In this document: positions 36,453 to 43,024 of the stretch, piece after piece
Layout: every line of letters starts with the position of its first letter
Position numbering within the stretch: position 1 is the stretch's first letter
From: Promethearchaeota archaeon
GTDB lineage: Archaea; Asgardarchaeota; Thorarchaeia; Thorarchaeales; Thorarchaeaceae
Length of the DNA: 43,024 bases
NCBI GenBank assembly: GCA_048939765.1
Contig: JBHLPF010000032.1
Coordinates: 1 to 43,024 of the forward strand
Reading direction: 5' to 3'
The notes under the pieces: generated by a model
What the model was told of the DNA's origin: nothing
Database searches by the model: none
Seen by the model: the letters and a program-made list of their open reading frames with translations, nothing else
Translations under genes and position numbers: made by a program

Positions 36453-37457
36453 ACGACAGATCCAAGAATAGGAATCATTGGTATAGGAAATATGGGGAAG
36501 ATTCATGCCCGGGTTCTCAGTAATATTCGAGCTCTAGCAGCTGTGGCAGATACCGACATGAAGCAAGCTGAACAAGTGGCCAAGATGTATAATGTAGATG
36601 CCTTCAATGACTTCGATTCATTGATTGAGCAATCGGAGTTGGATGGCATCATCATTTCCACTCCAACTGCAACACATGCCGAAATAGCTGAGAGTGTTGC
36701 CAAGAAACAAGATGGAATAAGAGGTATTCTGATTGAGAAACCGCTGGCGAGCAGCCTCAAGGATGCGCGAAAGCTTGCTGAGGTCCTAAAGAAGAAGGAT
36801 GTCATTGTCTTAGTTGGACACTCCGAGATCTACAACCCGGTAGTTGAACGGGCTTTGAACTTGATCAAAGAGGGTGCCATTGGAGTCCCTCAGACGGTCA
36901 TTCATGACAGGCGAGGATTTGTACAGGCATCAAGATTGCCATCTCTAGGAGATGTATTTGAGGACATTGGAGTTCATGATTTTGACATCATGACTCGGAT
37001 AAACAGCGGTAATGCCACTCTCTATGCTCAATGTCAGACCAAGAATGGGATTCTGAACACTGGAAATGTTTCGGTGAAGTTCGAAAACGAGGCGCAACAC
37101 ATCTTCCATTTGTCGAGGCAATACGTAGGCAGAAAGAGGAGCATGGATGTTTCTGGAACAAAGGGAACCCTAAACCTTGACCTCTTTGGACAGGTAATTA
37201 AGGTTCAAGACCTCGATAAGGCGCCTCTGGCTGACAGCAGGACGATTCAGCTTCTGGAACGTGGTGCTACAATCAAGGTGTATGGAGAACCTGTTCTACA
37301 GGTGATAACTGACTTCCTACACTGTATAGAAACAGGCAGCTCACCCAAGGTCGGCCTAGATGATGGGATTCTAGCCCTCGAAGTTGTGGAGGCAGCAAGG
37401 AAGAGTGCGGTTTCAGGGAAGATTGTTAACATCAATATTCAGTCTCGGCACATCTGA
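36453..37457 (+). CDS. Gfo/Idh/MocA-family oxidoreductase (probable ACG start)
   Basis: RIGIIGIGNMG Rossmann motif lies upstream of the first ATG (36492). IEKP and DIGVHDFD motifs. Confidence 0.88.
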   Translation, partial: TTDPRIGIIGIGNMGKIHARVLSNIRALAAVADTDMKQAEQVAKMYNVDAFNDFDSLIEQSELDGIIISTPTATHAEIAESVAKKQDGIRGILIEKPLASSLKDARKLAEVLKKKDVIVLVGHSEIYNPVVERALNLIKEGAIGVPQTVIHDRRGFVQASRLPSLGDVFEDIGVHDFDIMTRINSGNATLYAQCQTKNGILNTGNVSVKFENEAQHIFHLSRQYVGRKRSMDVSGTKGTLNLDLFGQVIKVQDLDKAPLADSRTIQLLERGATIKVYGEPVLQVITDFLHCIETGSSPKVGLDDGILALEVVEAARKSAVSGKIVNINIQSRHI

Positions 37458-38734
37458 GCCAAGAGATGAGTTCGCTCAGAGGATGTGATTTCAACAGTAA
37501 TGGTGCTGCCTAGAGTGACTTCTTCATGCAGTATGATTGGCTTATAGGCGAAGTTTCTACAGACGATGCCACCTCTGGAGCCGGGTTCCGTCGCAATCAC
37601 CTCTCCAGTCCAACCTATCCAAGACTCATTAATATCCGTAACAAGATTCGATACAATGGAACTCAATTTCCGGCTTCTTTCCTTCTTGAGTGATGTATCA
37701 ACTTTGTTGCTAGCCCTTGAAGCCGCCGTGCCAGGACGGTCACCGTACTTCGAGATGTTGACCACCTCAGGCCGCATTTGTTGCAGGAGATGGATGGTGG
37801 CTTCAAAATCTGAAGCCATTTCTCCCGGGAACCCCACGATGATGTCTGTTGCAATTGTGGCGCGGGGTATTTCTCCTCTGATTCTTGAAACAATTTCAGT
37901 CCATTCAGCAACCGTGTATTCTCTTCCCATTGCAGTGAGTAGACCATCACTTCCGGTTTGGAGAGGCACATGAAAGAACTTGAAGAAGTGTTCTGACTCC
38001 ATTACGGCGATTAAGTCATCTATTGTATCAAGAACTAGATTGGGATTGAACATTCCCAGTCTGTATCTATGGGTTCCCTCAATCTGATCCAATTTCCTGA
38101 GAAGTCCAACAAGGGTTTCCCCTGTGTCATGTCCAAAGACTCCCGCATCCTGAGATGTCAGACGAATCTCTCTATAGCCAAGATGCACACATCTTTCCAC
38201 TACGCCAAGGATTTCAGAAACACTGTGGCTACGCACACTTCCCCTAGCGAATCGTACGGCACAATAGGCGCAGCTTCCAAGGCATCCCTCACAGATTGGG
38301 ATTGTGCAAATCACACTGTCCGGGGGCCCCTCAAAGAATCGCAATTTTGATTCATAGTCAGAGTCAAGATGGACAATTCCCCTCTCTCCCTTGAGCACCC
38401 GATCGGCGACATTTCCAAGTGTGTCCAGCGACTGAGGGCCTAGAAGCGCTGCAAATGAGGGGATTGCTCGCTGGATTCGGTCTATGGAGATTCGAGGCAG
38501 ACATCCGGCCACTATGACTGGAACGGACTGGTTTCCGAGCTCTTCAAGGCGATGAATAATTCTGTCCTCTGTCGGTTCCTTAACACCGCACGTATTGAGG
38601 ACTATGAGGTCAGCCACCTCAATATCAGGCGTCTGCTCTGCGCCAAGCCCATTGAGTCGACCCACTATCAAATCCGAATCTGCTCTGTTCAGTGAACACC
38701 CATATGTTTCCAGATAGAAGGTGGTATCGTCCAA
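37439..38734 (-). CDS. tRNA methylthiotransferase (archaeal MtaB/CDKAL1-like)
   Basis: TYGCSLN, NTCGVK, AGCLP, CLGSCAYC, DIIVGFPGE, C-terminal TRAM domain. Confidence 0.92.
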   Translation of the reverse strand: MDDTTFYLETYGCSLNRADSDLIVGRLNGLGAEQTPDIEVADLIVLNTCGVKEPTEDRIIHRLEELGNQSVPVIVAGCLPRISIDRIQRAIPSFAALLGPQSLDTLGNVADRVLKGERGIVHLDSDYESKLRFFEGPPDSVICTIPICEGCLGSCAYCAVRFARGSVRSHSVSEILGVVERCVHLGYREIRLTSQDAGVFGHDTGETLVGLLRKLDQIEGTHRYRLGMFNPNLVLDTIDDLIAVMESEHFFKFFHVPLQTGSDGLLTAMGREYTVAEWTEIVSRIRGEIPRATIATDIIVGFPGEMASDFEATIHLLQQMRPEVVNISKYGDRPGTAASRASNKVDTSLKKERSRKLSSIVSNLVTDINESWIGWTGEVIATEPGSRGGIVCRNFAYKPIILHEEVTLGSTITVEITSSERTHLLAQMCRD

Positions 38735-38742
38735 GACTCAGA

Positions 38743-39024
38743 CTATCCTCCTTGGACGTGGGGGAGCATTGCTATCTCATCATCTTGATTCACTGGGGTG
38801 TCTTCACCCGCAAGAGTGGCGACATCCTTTTTATTGAGCATAATAATCAGATTGCCGCTTATCTTGTCACCCTCCATGATTATCTGCTCCAACTCAGGCC
38901 CACCAATCTCGAGAACCGTGTCAACCACATTTCTAATAGTGGATCCATCCGGAACATCTACAGTAAGCACTTGAGTATCAAGCATCCTTCGAATTGGACC
39001 AAAAGACTTGAACTTCACCTGCAC
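38743..39024 (-). CDS. MoaD/ThiS/SAMP ubiquitin-like sulfur carrier
   Basis: Beta-grasp pattern, C-terminal PHVQGG. Confidence 0.9.
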   Translation of the reverse strand: MQVKFKSFGPIRRMLDTQVLTVDVPDGSTIRNVVDTVLEIGGPELEQIIMEGDKISGNLIIMLNKKDVATLAGEDTPVNQDDEIAMLPHVQGG

Positions 39025-39060
39025 CGTAAAGACCGACCATTTGAGCTCTTCAGAAGAATG

Positions 39061-39441
39061 CTATTCAGGGTTTTGATAGTGCAAAATGGCTTCATCTACC
39101 AAATCATCAACAACTTTGACGATGTCCTGAATCTCCTCAGACGTAGCTGCGGCATAATGGATACCTACAGCTGATATCACAGGACGCATTAATGCCTTGC
39201 ACATCTTCTCTGCGGAAGAGTTTGCGACCACGTAGTCCTTATGCCCGGGTAGTGTGATACTATTGACGCTGATAGTGGAGGCGTCTCTATAATGGCTTCT
39301 AGTTGGATACGCGACTGCTACACCACCAATGTGGTGCTCATCCCCTCCGAAAATCGCCACTAACAGATCTTTGCCAATACTCTTCGCTTCAAGATAGATA
39401 GTGTGACGTCCAGCCTGTTTCTCAAACATCATAGAGAACAT
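39061..39441 (-). CDS. LpdD/proteasome-assembly-chaperone-like small protein
   Basis: GG..HIGGVAVA, PGHKD, GIH...AT.EEI motifs. Confidence 0.65.
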   Translation of the reverse strand: MFSMMFEKQAGRHTIYLEAKSIGKDLLVAIFGGDEHHIGGVAVAYPTRSHYRDASTISVNSITLPGHKDYVVANSSAEKMCKALMRPVISAVGIHYAAATSEEIQDIVKVVDDLVDEAILHYQNPE

Positions 39442-39466
39442 CCTCGTTGTGAGCGAAATACATGCC

Positions 39467-41005
39467 TTACGCTATACCTTCGTGCTTTTGAAACATGCGC
39501 CATGATAGAGCCAACGTCTTGGGATGAGCTGCACGGTACTCATCCAGATGGTGGACTGCAGTGGAATAAGGAGCGCCTTTGACTTTCTCGGGTTCTTTGT
39601 ATGCTTCTTCAGATATCGTTCTGAAAGCAGATATGAGGCCATCCAGCTCTTGTTTTGACTCAGTTTCCGTTGGTTCTATCATCAGAGCCTCAGGAACAAT
39701 CAACGGAAAGTATACGGTTGGTGCGTGTACACCGAAGTCCAGAAGTCGCTTCGCCACATTCATGGCTGACACTCCAGTTTCATCAAGAAGCTCTTCACCC
39801 GAGATAACGCACTCATGCATTCGAGGAGCATCCTGCGAATACGGAAGGCTAAAACCAGGTATAGCACTAACATGATGCGCAACATAATTGGCATTCAGAA
39901 CCGCATTCTCAGCTACTGCACGAACCCCTCTTTTTCCGAGGGAATAGATGTAGGCGTAAGCCCTCACCAACACTCCGAAATTCCCGAAGTACCCATGGAC
40001 TTTCCCTATTGTCTGAGGGTAATCATAGTTCCAATCGAAGCAACCATCAGGATGTTTCACAATACGAGGAACTGGCAGAAAGTCCACCAGCTCTTTCTTA
40101 ACTCCAACAGCACCAGCACCTGGACCACCTCCACCATGCGGGGTGGAGAACGACTTATGCAGGTTCATATGGACCACATCAAAGCCCATATCTCCTGGCC
40201 GCGTTATTCCCATAATAGCATTCAAGTTGGCACCATCGTAGTACAGAAGCCCACCAGCATCATGGACTATGTCGGCGATCTCCTCGATGTCTTTCTCAAA
40301 CACCCCTATTGTGTTGGGATTTGTTAGCATCAGTCCAGCTGTTTTTGGTCCTGATGCCGCTTTTAGAGCTTCAATATTCACAAGACCATCTTCGCTGGAT
40401 GGAACGACGACCACTTTGTAACCTGCCATAGCTGCTGATGCAGGATTTGTACCATGAGCTGCATCAGGAATCAGCATTTCATTACGTTGCTCGCATTCTT
40501 CTGTGACGCATTTGTGATACTCACGAATAAGCATCACGCCTGTATATTCACCTTGAGCGCCGGCTGCAGGCTGTAGTGTCACTGCATCCATGCCTGTGAT
40601 TTCAGCCAACCACCGTTCTAGCTCCCACATCAGTTCAAGGGCACCCTGACTCGTTGAAGCATCCTGACTTGGATGAAGCCATGCGAATCCGTCAAGATTG
40701 GCAGCCCAGTCATTTATGACCGGATTGTACTTCATCGTGCAGCTTCCGAGCGGGTATGTGCCTGTGGAAACGGAGAAATTCATCTGTGAGAGACGGGTGA
40801 AGTGTCTTATGACCTGAAGCTCAGAAACCTCAGGAATTGCAGGTGGAGTCTTGCGCTGCATCTCCTTTGGGATAAGAGTGTGAATTTTCCTGACGGACTG
40901 CCTGATTTCAGCTTCAGCTTCAGGAAACTGATGACTGGTTGCTCCCATACTCGATATCTCGAATATTAGAGGCACTTTCCAGCGGGCTTGGCGATATTCA
41001 GTCAT
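39467..41005 (-). CDS. gcvPB: Glycine decarboxylase subunit 2
   Basis: YPLGSCTMKYNP, AHGTNPASA, NLHKSFSTPHGGGGPG. Confidence 0.97.
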   Translation of the reverse strand: MTEYRQARWKVPLIFEISSMGATSHQFPEAEAEIRQSVRKIHTLIPKEMQRKTPPAIPEVSELQVIRHFTRLSQMNFSVSTGTYPLGSCTMKYNPVINDWAANLDGFAWLHPSQDASTSQGALELMWELERWLAEITGMDAVTLQPAAGAQGEYTGVMLIREYHKCVTEECEQRNEMLIPDAAHGTNPASAAMAGYKVVVVPSSEDGLVNIEALKAASGPKTAGLMLTNPNTIGVFEKDIEEIADIVHDAGGLLYYDGANLNAIMGITRPGDMGFDVVHMNLHKSFSTPHGGGGPGAGAVGVKKELVDFLPVPRIVKHPDGCFDWNYDYPQTIGKVHGYFGNFGVLVRAYAYIYSLGKRGVRAVAENAVLNANYVAHHVSAIPGFSLPYSQDAPRMHECVISGEELLDETGVSAMNVAKRLLDFGVHAPTVYFPLIVPEALMIEPTETESKQELDGLISAFRTISEEAYKEPEKVKGAPYSTAVHHLDEYRAAHPKTLALSWRMFQKHEGIA

Positions 41006-42420
41006 TGCTTGCCACCTCCACTGGTGACGATTTGCTCTATGGCATCCACAAGCTCGTCAATTGCATCCTTTGTGTGGATTTCTGTGAAACATACAAGCAT
41101 AGATTCGCCGAGATCGGGGAAGTCCGAGGTCAGAATCTTACCTCCATGAATTCCTCGGTCCAAGAGACCCTGGTGAACCGATTGAGCTGAAACACCATCA
41201 GCAAAAGAGACCACGAACTCCTTCCAAAATGAACGACCAAATGAGGGAGCCTGCACACCAGATAGCGCGTTCAGCCTGTTGGCAGCATAGTGTGATTTGT
41301 AGGCGATGGCTTCTCCAAGTTCTCTGAAGCCATCTGGACCCAGTAATGAGGCATCGATTGCAGCAGTGACAGCAATGAGTGCCTGGTTTGAGCAGATGTT
41401 GCTTGTAGCTTTCTCCCTGCGTATGTGCTGTTCACGAGGACTTAGTGTGAGGACGAATCCGCGTTTGAATGGCTCTTCAGAAGTCCTTGTTATTCCCACA
41501 AGTCGACCTGGCAATTGACGAATTAGCTTCATGTCATCAATACAGCCGAATATCCCAAGAAGAGGACCGCCATACGACATGGGAGACCCCAAGCCCTGTC
41601 CCTCCGCAACAACAATGTCTGCACCATAATTGCCAGGTGGACGCAATATACCCATTGACATTACGTCCACTCCTGCGATTAGTAGGGCGTCTGCGTCATG
41701 CACCAGCTCATCGATCTTGTCGACATTCGCCTCAATGAATCCGAGATAACTGGGATTCTCAAGATACACTCCTGCAACATTCTCGTTTAATCTAGACTCT
41801 AGGTCGCCAATGTCCATCTGACCGCTCTCTTTGTCGAAGGCGATCCTTTCAATCTCTATACCAAGAGGCTCCGAATAGGTGTTTATGACTCTCCAATGAA
41901 TTGGATTCATGGTACCTGGAACTAGAACCTGACTACGTTTCTTCTTCACTCGAACACTCATCAGGATAGCTTCAGCAAGAGCACTCGCCATATCATACAT
42001 GCTGCTGTTGACAACATCAATATCCAATAACTCCGCCATCAGACTCTGATATTCAAAGAGGGTCTGGAGCATCCCTTGGCTGATTTCTGGCTGGTAACTC
42101 GTATATGATGTGACGAACTCTGACCGCCCGGCGAGGGCCCTTGTAGCAGAAGGCATATAGTGCATCCCAAGTCCATCACCAAGAAACACCCTCCCACTGT
42201 CGGCAGGCTTGTTCCTGTCCGCCAGCTCTTGCATCCTTCTTGCCACTTCGATTTCTGTGTGAGACTCTGTGATATTCAAATCACGACGCAGTCTGAACTT
42301 CTCAGGGATATTCGAGAAGAGTTCGTCAAGACTCTTCCTTCCTATCGACTTGAGCATCTCCTTTTTCGCTTCTTCAGTCAACGGAAGCCACGGATGTTTA
42401 AAGTCCATAGATGGGCCCAC
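41002..42420 (-). CDS. gcvPA: Glycine decarboxylase subunit 1
   Basis: YTSYQPEISQG, SMYD, REQHIRREKATSNICSNQ. Confidence 0.97.
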   Translation of the reverse strand: MGPSMDFKHPWLPLTEEAKKEMLKSIGRKSLDELFSNIPEKFRLRRDLNITESHTEIEVARRMQELADRNKPADSGRVFLGDGLGMHYMPSATRALAGRSEFVTSYTSYQPEISQGMLQTLFEYQSLMAELLDIDVVNSSMYDMASALAEAILMSVRVKKKRSQVLVPGTMNPIHWRVINTYSEPLGIEIERIAFDKESGQMDIGDLESRLNENVAGVYLENPSYLGFIEANVDKIDELVHDADALLIAGVDVMSMGILRPPGNYGADIVVAEGQGLGSPMSYGGPLLGIFGCIDDMKLIRQLPGRLVGITRTSEEPFKRGFVLTLSPREQHIRREKATSNICSNQALIAVTAAIDASLLGPDGFRELGEAIAYKSHYAANRLNALSGVQAPSFGRSFWKEFVVSFADGVSAQSVHQGLLDRGIHGGKILTSDFPDLGESMLVCFTEIHTKDAIDELVDAIEQIVTSGGGKQ

Positions 42421-42557
42421 CGGCTATTCTTGCTGAAACTGGTCCGAGTGACCCGGTAAAATAGCCTTTCGCCTTGAGCCAAATTGATAGTCTGAGAGGC
42501 TCGAATGCTTTTTATGTCCTGCAAAAGCACGACCTTCATGCAGGAGGTTCTGAACCC

Positions 42558-42878
42558 ATGAAACCATGGTTGATGGATATTCTGGCATGTCCAGTGAAGG
42601 AATGCAGGAGCGAGCTGCAGCTAGAGGTCTATGAGAGCCAAACTAGGCAGATAGATGATGAGGAATTTGAGGAGATCGAGGCTGCACTAATAACCTGTCC
42701 AAAGTGTGGTCGTTGGTACCCGGTGATTGATGGAATCCCCTGTATGTTGCCCGATGATCTCAGGATATCAGGGAAACAGAACATTGAGGAGATTGCATTT
42801 CTGAAGCGATGGAGAGAACGCATTCCTTCCGAAATCCTTGAAAAGGGAGTGCCATTCGGCCTGTCAACCGAAGATTGA
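42558..42878 (+). CDS. Trm112-like methyltransferase activator
   Basis: LMDILACP...CPKCGRWYPVIDGIPCML, GGAGG upstream. Confidence 0.9.
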   Translation: MKPWLMDILACPVKECRSELQLEVYESQTRQIDDEEFEEIEAALITCPKCGRWYPVIDGIPCMLPDDLRISGKQNIEEIAFLKRWRERIPSEILEKGVPFGLSTED

Positions 42879-42909
42879 AAGGTCTTGGTGTCTGCAAAAG
42901 GATACAATT

Positions 42910-42985
42910 AGCCCCGTGGTGTAGCGGTCCAGCATTGAGGGTTTTGGCCTCTCAGACCCAGGTTCGAGTCCTGGCGGGGCTACCA
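42910..42985 (+). tRNA. tRNA-Gln(TTG)
   Basis: A1-T72 acceptor AGCCCCG/CGGGGCT, TT-TTG-GC loop, encoded CCA. Confidence 0.95.
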
Positions 42986-43024
42986 TCTATTTCTCTTTCA
43001 CGCTGATCTCCGGAGATGCATCCA

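Overview
An archaeal chromosome segment. The combination of eukaryote-type topoisomerase IB, ftsZ-secE-spt5-rpl11/1/10/12, gcvPA/PB and a double-Lrp regulator suggests Asgard archaea, possibly Thorarchaeota, but this is inference. Core content: the rnp4-yhbY-rps19e-PDCD5-rpl39e-rpl31e-aIF6-rpl18a-pfdA-ftsY-argF-pfkB-ftsZ-secE-spt5-rpl11-rpl1-rpl10-rpl12 superoperon, nep1, thiL, a tRNA methylthiotransferase, a SAMP/MoaD protein, gcvPAB, trm112 and six tRNA genes. Three of the tRNAs have BHB introns, at 37/38, in the D-loop (19/20) and in the T-arm (53/54). The most striking feature is in the first 7.4 kb. The 3' part of tRNA-Gly(GCC) (T-arm, acceptor strand, CCA, pyrimidine tail) recurs five more times as direct repeats, each in an intergenic gap. 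These repeats delimit 0.3-3.7 kb gene cassettes with no integrase, resembling an integron-like, tRNA-anchored cassette array. Other points: a zinc-finger insertion in Spt5, two probable non-canonical start codons (ACG, CTG), three TetR operators, a CDS overlapping a tRNA in antisense, and several candidate structured RNAs.
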